Shown piece by piece: positions 10,281 to 20,668 of a stretch of DNA of 32,000 nt. The stretch comes from Candidatus Saccharimonadota bacterium (GTDB taxonomy: Bacteria > Pseudomonadota > Gammaproteobacteria > Burkholderiales > Burkholderiaceae), in the NCBI RefSeq assembly GCF_016593155.1, contig NZ_AP023215.1, positions 420,001 through 452,000 of the forward strand. The letters run 5' to 3'. Each line of letters begins with the position of its first letter. Within the stretch, counting starts at the first letter, position 1. A program made the translations under genes and the position numbers. The notes under the pieces are model-generated. The model was not told the origin of the DNA and made no database searches. It saw only the letters and a program-made list of their open reading frames with translations.

Positions 10281-11807
10281 TTATGTTAAATTAGAATTTT
10301 CTATAGAAATATATTTTTTCCATTTTTTAGGACCATCAATATGTATTGATTTTCCAAGTGAATCTATTGCTACTGTAACTGGCATATTTTTTACATTAAA
10401 TTCGTAAATTGCCTCCATTCCTAAATCTTCGAAACATATTATTTTTGCGGATTTTATTGCTTTAGATATTAAGTAAGCGGCCCCACCTATTGCAACTAAA
10501 TAAGCTATTTTTTGTTTTTTAATTAATTTTATTATTTTATCACTTCGTTCAGCTTTTCCTATCATGGCAATTAATCCAATTTTTTCTAAAATTAAGTTAG
10601 TATAATAATCCATTCTATTAGCGGTAGTTGGACCGGCTGGTCCAATCACTTCATTTCGTACTGGATTGATTGGTCCTACATAATAAATTACACGATTATT
10701 AAAATTTACTGGAATCTTTTGTCCTGTAGATAACATATATTGAATACGACTATGTGCAGCATCTCTTCCTGTTAATATTTTTCCATTTAATAATAAAATT
10801 TCTCCAGATCTCCAAGAAGAAACTTCTTTTTTAGTTAAGGTATTAAGATTAACATAATTAAATTTTTTATTATTATTTGTAGTCCATTTTATTTTAGGCC
10901 AATTTAATAATGATGGTGGTTTCATAAAAACCGGACCAGAACCATTCAAGACAATATGTCCATGTCTAGTTGCCGCACAATTAGGGATTATTGCAACTGG
11001 TTTTGATGCGGCATGAGTAGGGTACATCATAATTTTAATATCCAATATTGTAGTTAATCCTCCCATACCTTGCGCCCCAATACCTAATGAATTTATTTTA
11101 TTAAACAATTCAACTCGTAATTCTTCTATTTTATTTTTTGGGCCATTTTTAATAATACTATTCATATTAATATCTTGCATTAATACTTTTTTAGCCATTA
11201 ACATTGCTTTTTCTGGGGTTCCTCCAATACCAATACCTAATATACCTGGTGGACACCAACCTGCCCCCATAGTTGGAACAACTTTCATAATCCAATCAAT
11301 TAATGAATCAGAGGGATTTAACATAGCAAATTTTGTTTTATTTTCTGATCCCCCTCCTTTAGATGCAATTTTTATATCTAGAAAATTTCCCGGAACTAAT
11401 TCCATATTAATTACAGCTGGAGTATTATCTTTAGTATTTTTACGTATAAAATGCGGATCAGATACAATTGATGCTCGTAATATATTATTTGGATTAGTAT
11501 ATCCACGACGTACACCCTCATTAATAGCGTCAGATATTGATCCAGTTAATCCTTTAAAACGTACATTCATTCCTATTTTTAAAAAAACATTAACAATTCC
11601 AGTGTCTTGACAAATTGGACGTTTTTCTTTTGCACACATACGAGAGTTTATTAATATTTGCGCTATAGCATCTTTAGCGGCTATTCCCTTTTCTATTTTA
11701 TATGCGTGTGTTAAATGTTGAATATAATCAATCGGATGATAGTAACTAATATATTGTATTGCTGATGCAATAGATTCAATAATATCGTATTCTTTTATAA
11801 TGGTCAT
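10281..11807 (-). CDS. fumA: Fumarate hydratase, class I (Fe-S, fused alpha/beta type)
   Basis: 508 aa with RPICQDTGI..., ..GGGSENK.., GWCPPGILGIGIGGT.. and the C-terminal beta-domain GPTTANRMD. This matches the single-chain class I fumarase family. Confidence 0.88.
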   Translation of the reverse strand: MTIIKEYDIIESIASAIQYISYYHPIDYIQHLTHAYKIEKGIAAKDAIAQILINSRMCAKEKRPICQDTGIVNVFLKIGMNVRFKGLTGSISDAINEGVRRGYTNPNNILRASIVSDPHFIRKNTKDNTPAVINMELVPGNFLDIKIASKGGGSENKTKFAMLNPSDSLIDWIMKVVPTMGAGWCPPGILGIGIGGTPEKAMLMAKKVLMQDINMNSIIKNGPKNKIEELRVELFNKINSLGIGAQGMGGLTTILDIKIMMYPTHAASKPVAIIPNCAATRHGHIVLNGSGPVFMKPPSLLNWPKIKWTTNNNKKFNYVNLNTLTKKEVSSWRSGEILLLNGKILTGRDAAHSRIQYMLSTGQKIPVNFNNRVIYYVGPINPVRNEVIGPAGPTTANRMDYYTNLILEKIGLIAMIGKAERSDKIIKLIKKQKIAYLVAIGGAAYLISKAIKSAKIICFEDLGMEAIYEFNVKNMPVTVAIDSLGKSIHIDGPKKWKKYISIENSNLT

Positions 11808-12503
11808 TTTTAAATATAAAATTATTCACATAATAATTTAGCCCTTAACCTATAGTAGCTTTTTGGAACACCAACTAGTTAATGTTTTGCGATGACTTTT
11901 ATTTTTAATACTCTTAAATACATGTAAAATATTAAAATAATTAATGTATTTATTTTTTTCTGAGAATTTTACCATTTCTTTTGATCGTCCTCAAAAGTTA
12001 CGCAAAAATAATAAAATTTGTTTATTAATAAAAAAATTTAATTTATTATCTGGATAAATTTTCTATTCTATTTCTACATATTGACTGTTATTAATTTTTA
12101 TTTTTTCCCCCACTTAATTTAAATGCGTACATCTATTAATTTGATATTGATATCATTACATAGTAGTATATAAAGGCTTGCGAAGGTGATTATTAAGTCA
12201 GAATATAAAAAAAATTATAATTATGTAATTCGAGGTTTAATGTGTTTTTATATTACTCATTATTTATATTTTATAGTTAAAATATATTTTTTATTTTTTA
12301 AATTTATAATTTTATGAAAAATTTTTTTAAAAAAATTATATCATACAACATAATTTATGTAAAAAATAAAATATATTATATAAATTAAATAATAAGCATA
12401 AATTGTAAGAAAAATTAAATTCACTTAAAATTTAAATATTCTGAAAAATTTATTTATGGCTCTTTAATTTTAATAAAACTTGTTGATAGAGAAAAATATT
12501 ACT

Positions 12504-12827
12504 ATGACTCATGTTGTTACTGAATCCTGTATTCTTTGTAGATATACAGATTGTGTTGATGTTTGCCCAGTTGATTGTTTTCGAATTGGTTCAAATTTTT
12601 TAGTTATTGATCCAGAAGAATGCATTGATTGCGCTGTATGTGTAACGGAATGCCCTGTTGGTGCTATTTACGCAGAAGAAGATGTACCATCTGAACAAAA
12701 ACATTTTATTAAAATTAACGCTGAATTAACAAATAAATGGCCATCAATAACAAAATCTATAGATCCGTTACCTGAGGCTGATAAGTGGAAAAATGTTACT
12801 AAAAAGTTAGTATATTTAAAAAAATAA
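12504..12827 (+). CDS. fdxA: 7Fe (Azotobacter-type) ferredoxin
   Basis: MTHVVTESCILCRYTDCVDVCPVDCFRIGSNFLVIDPEECIDCAVCVTECPVGAI has the [3Fe-4S][4Fe-4S] cysteine pattern. I place the start at ATG 12504, where homologues begin (MT.VVTE.C), rather than at the track's TTG 12480. Confidence 0.9.
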   Translation: MTHVVTESCILCRYTDCVDVCPVDCFRIGSNFLVIDPEECIDCAVCVTECPVGAIYAEEDVPSEQKHFIKINAELTNKWPSITKSIDPLPEADKWKNVTKKLVYLKK

Positions 12828-12885
12828 TATTAATTTAATTAATTAAAAATAAAATAAATTCATAATATAGGAAATTTTATTATTT

Positions 12886-13935
12886 ATGAAAATTAATACT
12901 ATAAAAACAGATGCCGTAATTATTGGTGCCGGTCCAGTTGGATTATTTCAAATTTTTGAATTAGGTTTACTTGAAATTAGAGCACATATAATTGATTCTC
13001 TAAATAAAGTTGGCGGTCAATGTATTGAATTATATCCAGATAAACCAATTTATGATATACCAGCTGTACCAGTTTACACTGGACGAGAATTAATAGATAA
13101 TCTTTTAAAACAAGTTGAACCATTTTCTCCTGTTTTTCATTTAGGAGAAGAAGTTATATCAATTCAAAAACGTGATGATGGTTATTTTGATCTTATTACT
13201 TCAATTGGAAAACATTTTATAACTAAAACTGTTTTTATTGCCGCGGGAGTAGGTTCTTTTCAACCGCGCACCTTAAAAGTTGAAGGAATAGAAAAATTTA
13301 CAAATTCACAATTATTTTATCAAGTAAAAAATCCTAGTATTTTTTATGATAAAAATATAATAATTTGCGGGGGAGGGGATTCGGCGTTGGATTGGGCATT
13401 AAATATGGTAGGAAAAGCTGATTCAGTGATTTTATTGCATCGTAGCAATAGTTTTAGGGCTGCACCATCTTCAGTATCAAAAATGAAGATATTATGTGAT
13501 AATTATGAAATGCAATTTATTATTGGGCAAATCACTGGAATAGAAATAAATAATAATAAATTAAATAAAATTAAGGTTACTGGTTCGGATGGTGTTATTA
13601 GAAGAATACCATTAGATATGTTATTAGTATTCTTTGGGCTTTCTCCTAAATTAGGTCCCGTTACTAAATGGGGAATTGATATAATTCATAAACAAATTAA
13701 AGTTTGTAATACCGAAAAATTTGAAACTAATTTACCTGGCATTTTTGCAATAGGAGATATTAATACTTATCCGGGAAAAAAGAAATTAATTTTATCCGGA
13801 TTTCATGAGGCTGCTTTAGCGGCTTTTGGTGCTTTATCGTATATTTTTCCAGATAAAAAAATAAATATGCAATATACTACTACATCTACAAAATTACATA
13901 AAATACTTAAAGTTAAGTCACCAGTATTTCATTAG
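12886..13935 (+). CDS. fpr: Ferredoxin-NADP+ reductase, thioredoxin-reductase-like type
   Basis: 349 aa with GAGPVGLF (FAD), [10 protein letters not shown] (NADPH) and GDI..YPGK..LI.SGF.EA, the TrxR-like FNR architecture without the CxxC redox pair. Confidence 0.85.
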   Translation: MKINTIKTDAVIIGAGPVGLFQIFELGLLEIRAHIIDSLNKVGGQCIELYPDKPIYDIPAVPVYTGRELIDNLLKQVEPFSPVFHLGEEVISIQKRDDGYFDLITSIGKHFITKTVFIAAGVGSFQPRTLKVEGIEKFTNSQLFYQVKNPSIFYDKNIIICGGGDSALDWALNMVGKADSVILLHRSNSFRAAPSSVSKMKILCDNYEMQFIIGQITGIEINNNKLNKIKVTGSDGVIRRIPLDMLLVFFGLSPKLGPVTKWGIDIIHKQIKVCNTEKFETNLPGIFAIGDINTYPGKKKLILSGFHEAALAAFGALSYIFPDKKINMQYTTTSTKLHKILKVKSPVFH

Positions 13936-14046
13936 CATTTAAATTTTTAAAATTTTTTTAAAAATATAAAATAGTAATGTAAAATTATACATTTTATGTA
14001 GTATTTATATTAATTTTTGAAAAAATGTAAAATGAAATTATACAAG

Positions 14047-14076
14047 CGTTCCGCTTAATTTATTAACGGCGGAACG
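14047..14076. terminator. Hairpin between convergent fpr and rplS (candidate bidirectional terminator)
   Basis: CGTTCCGC (14047-14054), a 14-nt loop, then GCGGAACG (14069-14076). It is a GC-rich stem in an AT-rich spacer, 8 bp before the rplS stop. Confidence 0.55.
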
Positions 14077-14084
14077 ACTTTCAA

Positions 14085-14444
14085 TTATTTTTTTAATAAT
14101 TTTTCTTTGATACGAGCTGATTTTCCTGAGCGTTTACGTAAATAATATAATTTAGATCGACGTATATCGCCTCTACGTTTAACTATAATTGATGAAATAA
14201 TAGGGGAATATAATTGAAACGTTCTTTCGATTCCTTCGTTATAAGAGATTTTACGAACAATAAAATTTGAATTTAACCCCTTATTACGTCGAGAAATAAC
14301 TATTCCTTCATATGCTTGTATTCGTTTTCTTGTACCTTCAATTACATTAACATTCACAATAACGGTATCTCCAGTAACAAAATCAGGAATATTTTTTTTT
14401 AATCGAATTATTTCTTCTTGTTCGATTTTTTGAATTAAATTCAT
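14085..14444 (-). CDS. rplS: 50S ribosomal protein L19
   Basis: 119 aa with P.F..GDTV.V.V.V.EG.R.R.Q..EG.VI.R.N.GL...F.VRKIS. It is the last gene of the rpsP-rimM-trmD-rplS operon. Confidence 0.95.
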   Translation of the reverse strand: MNLIQKIEQEEIIRLKKNIPDFVTGDTVIVNVNVIEGTRKRIQAYEGIVISRRNKGLNSNFIVRKISYNEGIERTFQLYSPIISSIIVKRRGDIRRSKLYYLRKRSGKSARIKEKLLKK

Positions 14445-14468
14445 ATTTAAATTCCAATAATTTTTATA

Positions 14469-15209
14469 TTATTTTTTATTAATTTTTTTTAAAAATTCTT
14501 CATCAGTAAATGTTAAAAATTTATTTTTACGAGCTTTTATAATTAAATCTGGTCGTTTTTTATTAGTTATTTTAAGTGAATTTTCACGTTTCCATTTTTT
14601 TATTTTCTTATGATTTCCACTAAGCAATACCTTTGGAACTTCCATATTAAGATATATTTTAGGTTTTGTGTAATATGAACAATCTAATAAACCGTTTATA
14701 AAGCTATCTTGCATATTTGATTTATTATTTAATACTTTAGGTAAAAATCTAACAATAGAATCTATAAGTATCATAGCTGGTAATTCACCACCAGATAAGA
14801 TAAAATCTCCAACACTAATTTCCTCATCTATAAAAGTATCTAAAAAACGTTGATCAATTGCTTGATAGCGCCCGCATAATAGTATTAAATTAGATTCCTT
14901 TAATAATTTTATAATAATATTATGTGTAAGTTTTTTACCTTGAGGTGACATATAAATAATTTTTGGTATTTTTTTTATATTCTTTTTTATTGCTGTTATT
15001 ATATCTTCTATAGGTTTACCAAGAATTATCATCCCTGATCCTCCCCCATATGGATAATCATCAATTTTATGATAATTATTAGAAGAAAAATTACGAGGAT
15101 TCCATAAATTTAGGGAATATTTTTTTTCTTTAAATGCACGACTTGTGATACCTGATTGAGTAATAGCAGAAAACATTTCAGGAAATAATGTAATAACATC
15201 AAATTGCAT
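14469..15209 (-). CDS. trmD: tRNA (guanine37-N1)-methyltransferase
   Basis: 246 aa: MQFDVITLFPEMF...DDYPYGGGSGMI....LLCGRYQAIDQR....EISVGDFILSGGELPAMILIDSIVR. Confidence 0.93.
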   Translation of the reverse strand: MQFDVITLFPEMFSAITQSGITSRAFKEKKYSLNLWNPRNFSSNNYHKIDDYPYGGGSGMIILGKPIEDIITAIKKNIKKIPKIIYMSPQGKKLTHNIIIKLLKESNLILLCGRYQAIDQRFLDTFIDEEISVGDFILSGGELPAMILIDSIVRFLPKVLNNKSNMQDSFINGLLDCSYYTKPKIYLNMEVPKVLLSGNHKKIKKWKRENSLKITNKKRPDLIIKARKNKFLTFTDEEFLKKINKK

Positions 15210-15245
15210 TTTATTTTCTTATTTTTTATAAAAAACTATGATAAT

Positions 15246-15824
15246 TTAGTTCCAGTCAACTATAATTTTCTTTTTAATTATATCAACATTTTTAATAAAT
15301 ATTTTAATAAAAGGAATTAATATTCCATATTTATTTTTATATTTTTTTGTACAAATTATTTTAGTTGATAATTTTATTATTCTTAAAATTGAATGTGCTT
15401 TATTTTGTATTATTTCAGTAACGGTTCCTAATAATTTCCCATGAATATTCTCAACTATACAATCAATTAAATTAAACCAATAAAATGTATCAGATGATAA
15501 TAACTTTGGAAAATAATCGATAGATATTTGAATATAAAATCCTTGTAATTTTATTGCTAAATTACGATCTGTTATATTATATAAATTAACTAATACATAA
15601 TTTTTATAATTTTTTTTATGCAATATTTTAACAGAAAATAATTTTAAAGAATTGGGGTCAAAAAACCAAATTTTTTTTGTATAAAAAAAAATATTTTTAT
15701 TATCTAAAAATAATTTTATAAGAATCCATCCAAAAATACCGTATGCCCTTAAAACAACTCCAATTGTTACTAAATTTTTTGTAAAAATTTTAGATTGATT
15801 ATTTATATAATTAATTTTTTTCAA
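15246..15824 (-). CDS. rimM: 16S rRNA processing protein RimM
   Basis: 192 aa lying between rpsP and trmD. It has LVTIGVVLRAYGIFGWILIK (RimM N-terminal barrel) and a C-terminal PRC-like region. The sequence is divergent, so synteny is the main support. Confidence 0.8.
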   Translation of the reverse strand: MKKINYINNQSKIFTKNLVTIGVVLRAYGIFGWILIKLFLDNKNIFFYTKKIWFFDPNSLKLFSVKILHKKNYKNYVLVNLYNITDRNLAIKLQGFYIQISIDYFPKLLSSDTFYWFNLIDCIVENIHGKLLGTVTEIIQNKAHSILRIIKLSTKIICTKKYKNKYGILIPFIKIFIKNVDIIKKKIIVDWN

Positions 15825-15843
15825 TTATTTTTTAATTTATAAA

Positions 15844-16095
15844 TTAAAATATTTTTTTATTAGAATAACGAATTAAGCGATTGACTGTCAATGATGTTTT
15901 AGCTCCAATTTTTTTCCAATAAGTAAATCTATTTAATAAAATTTGAAATTTTTTTTCTTTTTTAGAAGCTAATGGATTATAAAATCCTATTCGTTCGATA
16001 AAACGACCATCTCGACTGCTTCTAGAATCAGTTGCTATAATATTAAAAAAAGGACGATTTTTTGTACCTTTACGTGTTAATCGAATAATAACCAT
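15844..16095 (-). CDS. rpsP: 30S ribosomal protein S16
   Basis: [41 protein letters not shown] is a canonical S16. Confidence 0.95.
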   Translation of the reverse strand: MVIIRLTRKGTKNRPFFNIIATDSRSSRDGRFIERIGFYNPLASKKEKKFQILLNRFTYWKKIGAKTSLTVNRLIRYSNKKIF

Positions 16096-16139
16096 TGTAT
16101 AATAATTTCCAAAAATATTTATAAAATGTAATTTAAATT

Positions 16140-16874
16140 TTATTTAAAATCATTTTTAGTGATATATTTATTTTTTGATAAATAAATACCTGTACCAACC
16201 ACAATAGTTGACATTATAATACCAGGTAAACTAATATGCAATTCCATGTTAAATATAGAAATATTTTTTATTGCTAATTTATTTATTTGTAATTGTGTAA
16301 GAGATTTATCAGAAAAAATCATATTACCAGATAGATAACCCAATAATATTGAGCATAATATAACAATACTTGAGAATTTTTCTATTAAAATTAGTACTAA
16401 TTTACTGCCAAAAATAATAATTGGTATACTAATTAGTATACCAATTATTACTAATAACATTTGATATTTACTTGATATTTGGGATGCTGTTCCAGCAATA
16501 GCCAATACATTATCTATACTCATAATTAAATCTGCAAAAATAATAGTTTTAATTGCGTTAATTAAATTTTTACCACTAGTAATGGTAGTATAATTATGAT
16601 TATTAGAGAGTAATTTTATACTAATCCAAGAAAGAAAAAGGCCTCCAATTATTTTTATATATTTTAAATTTAATAAATTTATTGAAAATATAACTAATAT
16701 TATGCGAATAGCAATAGCGCCAAATGTACCCCAAATAACTCCCTTTACGCGTATTTTAGGTGGTAAATTTCGACAAGCAAGGGCAATAATAATGGCATTA
16801 TCACCTCCCAGTAAAATATCTATCAAAATAATTTGTATAATAGAAATTCCGTTTGATGTTGTTAATAGTGTCAT
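16140..16874 (-). CDS. TerC/YjbE-family integral membrane protein
   Basis: 244 aa and polytopic. It has the duplicated [14 protein letters not shown] / [15 protein letters not shown] motif (DN..(V/I)IA) typical of the TerC family. Confidence 0.8.
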   Translation of the reverse strand: MTLLTTSNGISIIQIILIDILLGGDNAIIIALACRNLPPKIRVKGVIWGTFGAIAIRIILVIFSINLLNLKYIKIIGGLFLSWISIKLLSNNHNYTTITSGKNLINAIKTIIFADLIMSIDNVLAIAGTASQISSKYQMLLVIIGILISIPIIIFGSKLVLILIEKFSSIVILCSILLGYLSGNMIFSDKSLTQLQINKLAIKNISIFNMELHISLPGIIMSTIVVGTGIYLSKNKYITKNDFK

Positions 16875-17001
16875 TTTTTTTAAATTTCTTTCTATTTATA
16901 AAAATTTTAATAAAAATTTTTTTTTAATGAGTAAATATTTAAAAATTTAAAATTTTAAAAAGGATAATTTTATTAAGTATTCCTTTTTTATTTTATGTTA
17001 T

Positions 17002-17883
17002 TTATAATATTTTTTTTAATAAATATCCTATTTCTGAAAAATTTTTGGTTATAAAAATACCACAAGTTTTCATGATATCTAATTTAGCTTGAGCGGTATC
17101 AAAATTGCCTGTAATTAAAGCTCCAGCATGCCCCATGCGTTTTCCTGGAGGAGCAGTAATTCCAGCTATAAATCCAATAACTGGTTTTTTCATATTTTTT
17201 TTAATCCAATGGGCGGCATAGATTTCATCTAATCCACCAATTTCTCCAATCATAATAACTGCATCAGTATTTTTATCTTCATTAAATAACTTTAATATAT
17301 CAATATATTTTAATCCATTAATTGGATCTCCTCCAATTCCAACTGCTGAAGATTGTCCAAAACCTAATTCAGTTAATTGGCAAACCACTTCATAAGTTAA
17401 TGTTCCTGAGCGTGATACAACACCAATTCTACCTTTTTTATGAATATTTCCAGGCATAATTCCAATTTTTATTTCTTCAGGTGTAATTAAACCTGGGCAA
17501 TTTGGGCCAAGTAATAATGTTTTACTATTATTTTTTTTCATTTTATTTTTTAAAATTAACATATCACGAACAGGAATACCTTCTGTAATACAAATAATTA
17601 ATTCTAACTTAGATTCGATAGCTTCCCAAATAGCAGAAGCAGCAAAAATCGCCGGCACATAAATAACAGAGACTGTTGCCCCGGTTTCGTTTTTAGCATT
17701 TTTTACTGTATTAAAAATTGGAATTTCTTCAAATTTTTGACCATGTTTTTTGGGGTTAACTCCAGCTACGAATGCCGTTTTACCATTTCCGTAATTAAGA
17801 CATAAATGAGTATGAAATCGACCAGTTTTTCCTGTAATTCCTTGAGTAATAACTTTTGTATTTTTTGTAATTAAGATTGACAT
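17002..17883 (-). CDS. sucD: Succinyl-CoA synthetase alpha subunit
   Basis: 293 aa: ITQGITGKTG.FH, SRSGTLTYE, GIGGDP, and GHAGA (catalytic His loop). Confidence 0.95.
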   Translation of the reverse strand: MSILITKNTKVITQGITGKTGRFHTHLCLNYGNGKTAFVAGVNPKKHGQKFEEIPIFNTVKNAKNETGATVSVIYVPAIFAASAIWEAIESKLELIICITEGIPVRDMLILKNKMKKNNSKTLLLGPNCPGLITPEEIKIGIMPGNIHKKGRIGVVSRSGTLTYEVVCQLTELGFGQSSAVGIGGDPINGLKYIDILKLFNEDKNTDAVIMIGEIGGLDEIYAAHWIKKNMKKPVIGFIAGITAPPGKRMGHAGALITGNFDTAQAKLDIMKTCGIFITKNFSEIGYLLKKIL

Positions 17884-17892
17884 AAATATTTT

Positions 17893-19083
17893 TTATTTTA
17901 AATTATTATTTTTAGATATAAAAATAGCTTTTTTTACTGCTTCTTCTAAATTATTTACATTAATTATTGGTAAATTTGATTGAGTTAATATTTTTTTCCC
18001 AATATCTTCATTCGTTCCCTTCATTCGAACAATTAAAGGAATATCCAATAAAAGAGACTCAAATGCCGATATAATACCATGCGCAACTATATCACAACGA
18101 ACAATTCCCCCAAAAATATTTACTAAAATAGCTTTTAAATTTTTTTGTTGTATCATAATTTTAAATGCTTTTATTATTGTTTTTATTGTTGCGTTACCTC
18201 CAATATCAAGAAAGTTAGCGGGCTCTCCTCCAAATAGTTTAATAGTATCCATTGTGGCCATAGCCAAACCAGCTCCATTAACTAAGCAACCGATATTACC
18301 ATTTAAAGGTATATATGTTAAATCAAATTTTGATGCTTCTATTTCCATTAAATCTATTTTATTTATGTTTTTTTTGTGAGCATATTGATAAGAAATTATT
18401 TCTGGATGCCGAAATAATGCATTTGTATCAAAGTTAAATTTAATATCTAAAGAAATTATTTTATTTTTAGGGTTTATAATTAATGGATTAATTTCTAATA
18501 ATAGCGCATCAGTTTCCCAATAAGTTTTATAAATTTTTTGTATTTCTTCGTAAAAATTTATTAAAGACCTTTTAGGTACAGAAATTTTTTTACTTATATT
18601 ATCAATATTATTTTTTGTTAAACCAACCAATGGATCAATAATAGTTTTATATAATAATTCTGGAGAATTTTTAGAAATTATTTCAATATCCATCCCTCCT
18701 TTATTTGACCCTATAAATATTATATTTTGCTGAACCCTATCTGTCATAAAACTAATATATAATTCTTTTTTAATATCTATATATTCTTCAATTAATACAC
18801 AAAAAACATTTTCACCTTTTTTATTGGTTTGAGATGTAATTAATTGCATTCCAAGAATTTTTTTTACATATTTTTTCACTTGTTCTAATGATTTTGCTAA
18901 TTTAATCCCCCCGCATTTTCCCCGACCTCCTGCATGAATTTGTGCTTTTATAATCCAAGAATTTCCGCCTATTTTTTTAGCAGCGTTAATCGCTTCATTG
19001 ACATTCATGCATAAAATACCTTGTGGAATAGTAACATTAAATTTACGAAGAATCTCTTTACCTTGATATTCATAAATATTCAT
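17893..19083 (-). CDS. sucC: Succinyl-CoA synthetase beta subunit
   Basis: 396 aa: MNIYEYQGKEILRKF.., KAQIHAGGRGK.GG.K.A, GNIGCLVNGAGLAMATMD, and NIFGGI.RCD. Confidence 0.95.
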   Translation of the reverse strand: MNIYEYQGKEILRKFNVTIPQGILCMNVNEAINAAKKIGGNSWIIKAQIHAGGRGKCGGIKLAKSLEQVKKYVKKILGMQLITSQTNKKGENVFCVLIEEYIDIKKELYISFMTDRVQQNIIFIGSNKGGMDIEIISKNSPELLYKTIIDPLVGLTKNNIDNISKKISVPKRSLINFYEEIQKIYKTYWETDALLLEINPLIINPKNKIISLDIKFNFDTNALFRHPEIISYQYAHKKNINKIDLMEIEASKFDLTYIPLNGNIGCLVNGAGLAMATMDTIKLFGGEPANFLDIGGNATIKTIIKAFKIMIQQKNLKAILVNIFGGIVRCDIVAHGIISAFESLLLDIPLIVRMKGTNEDIGKKILTQSNLPIINVNNLEEAVKKAIFISKNNNLK

Positions 19084-19199
19084 ATTTTATATTTTAATAA
19101 TTAAATTTATAAAGAAAATATACCGGATGATAAATAGCGATCTTCTTTATCATATATAATGAAAATAATAGTAGAATTTTTTATTTTTTTAATATTTTT

Positions 19200-19775
19200 A
19201 ATTCTATCGCACATACTCCACCGTAGAAATACCACAAAAAACTTTCTTTTATTGTTAGTTTTCTTACCAAATATTCAACATTTTTTGATTAATAAATTCA
19301 ATATGATCTATTCTTTTTTTTCATAAATTTTTAGAATATGATAATATAGATCATTTTATAATACTAAGAATTTATGAATTTTTTTCTGGTTATATTCTAA
19401 TAACCCATTCTAACTTTTGCTTGATCGCGCGCATATTTATGCTATAGGTTGTCATATTTTTTAATCATTCTTTATTTAAATTTTCCAACATTAATAAAAT
19501 TAATTTATATCCTCGTATAGTCCGATACCATTACTAATATAATATCAGTATTATCACTAGTTAACTCAATTAATAATTAAAGTATTTCTTGTTTTTTCTT
19601 CTTCTTCTTTTTTCTGTTTTTAAAATTATAGATAATTTGGATCTATTTTTAATAGAGTTAGCTGGATTATTTTTTTTTATTTTTCCAAAAAATATTATTG
19701 CGATCTTGAGTGTTTTTCTCTCCAATATTTCTTAATTGAATTAATAGGGTATTCTAATGGTATTCAAGTATTAAA
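19200..19775 (-). pseudogene. recA: Recombinase RecA, heavily eroded and shortened remnant
   Basis: Reverse-complement frames give fragments collinear with RecA. These are INSIKKYWREKH (=LSQIEKQFGKGS) and IIQLTLLKIDPNYL* (=VISTGSLGLDIALG). After a large deletion come QEIL*LLIELTSDNTDIILVMVS (=EQALEI.D.LVRSGAVDLIVIDSV) and MRAIKQKLEWVI (=ARLMSQALRKLT). HIEFINQKMLNIW* has an exact FINQ (=..IFINQIRMKIG), followed by KKVFCGISTVEYVR* (=ALKFY.SVRLDIRR). The Walker A region is deleted and there are many stops. The position upstream of sucC matches recA-recX-sucCD synteny in Burkholderiales. Confidence 0.5.
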
Positions 19776-20002
19776 TAAAGTATATTTAAAGATAATAAAT
19801 TTGTAAAAAATTTATTAATTACTTGAAAAAAATAAATATTAAGTTACTCAATTTATAATAAAATTTATTAAAGAAAAAATATTTTAATAAAAATTTTATA
19901 TCGTTTTTTAAAAAATATATAAAATTTTTATTTTTTTTAGGTGTTTTTATATAGTAATTTTAAAATTTATGATTATAAATAATAATAATATTATTTATAA
20001 TA

Positions 20003-20075
<73 letters not shown>

Positions 20076-20566
20076 AAAAATTTTTTTGTAACTTAATTTT
20101 TACTATAACTAATATATTACTATAGTATCAAATTTTTTTTAAAGTATAAATAGTTTATTAAATATTTTTTAAATAAATAAAAAAATAATTTTTATTGTTT
20201 TAAATATAATTAAATTTATTATTTTAATTTAAATTTTTAAATAATAATATTTTTCTTATTTATAGTAATTAGATAATAGGTAGTATATGTAATAAAAAAA
20301 TTGAATTTATTTGTTTTTAATTAGTTATTTGCGATATAATAAAATTAACTTCATTAAATTAATCATAAAAACATTAAAAGTAATAAATAAATGTATTTTT
20401 TAAAATTATAGATATTTATAAATTATTACAATAAATTTATTAAATATATATTATTATAATGGTAATATATATTTAATATACTTACTGATTTTAAGTTTAA
20501 ATTCTTTTAAAAATATTAATAAATTAATTATTTTGTGAGTTTATTTATTATAATTTAAATTTTAAG

Positions 20567-20639
20567 GAGGTGTTAGCTCAGTTGGTAGAGCAGCGGACTC
20601 TTAATCCGTAGGTCGAGTGTTCGAATCACTCACACCTCA
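20567..20639 (+). tRNA. tRNA-Lys (anticodon CUU)
   Basis: GAGGTGTTAGCTCAGTTGGTAGAGCAGCGGACTCTTAATCCGTAGGTCGAGTGTTCGAATCACTCACACCTCA. The acceptor and T stems are perfect, the anticodon loop is CTCTTAA, and no CCA is encoded. Confidence 0.9.
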
Positions 20640-20668
20640 ATTTTATAATTTTTATAAGAAAATAAAAA

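Noticed and set aside
11830-12060. Possible gene remnant on the minus strand in the fumA-fdxA spacer (IYPDNKLNFFINKQILLFLRNF*GRSKEMVKFSEKNKYINYFNILHVFKSIKNKSHRKTLTSWCSKKLL*).
   Set aside because: It vaguely resembles an HTH regulator but contains in-frame stops, and I cannot assign a family by eye. It is left unannotated; blastx could resolve it.
12480-12503. TTG start at 12480 for fdxA (115-aa version).
   Set aside because: Homologous 7Fe ferredoxins begin at the MT.VVTE.C equivalent. ATG 12504 gives the canonical length of about 107 aa. The upstream extension (LIEKNIT) has no counterpart.
16702-16950. An 82-aa plus-strand ORF overlapping the TerC-family gene start.
   Set aside because: It is antisense to a well-supported membrane-protein CDS, has no motif, and its start is not supported by any spacing or RBS argument.
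16875-17001. A Mn2+ (yybP-ykoY) riboswitch upstream of the TerC-family gene, and a sucD terminator hairpin (AAAAAGGA 16957-16964 / TCCTTTTT 16981-16988).
   Set aside because: The leader lacks the GC-containing helices and conserved loops of the riboswitch. The hairpin has only two G:C pairs and a 16-nt loop, which is too weak to call.
20076-20566. A 490-bp spacer almost free of G/C between tRNA-Phe and tRNA-Lys (plus 19776-20002), considered as a fully eroded gene or an ncRNA.
   Set aside because: There is no residual protein similarity in any frame, and no GC-rich stems or conserved RNA motifs. It is indistinguishable from neutral AT-drifted DNA.
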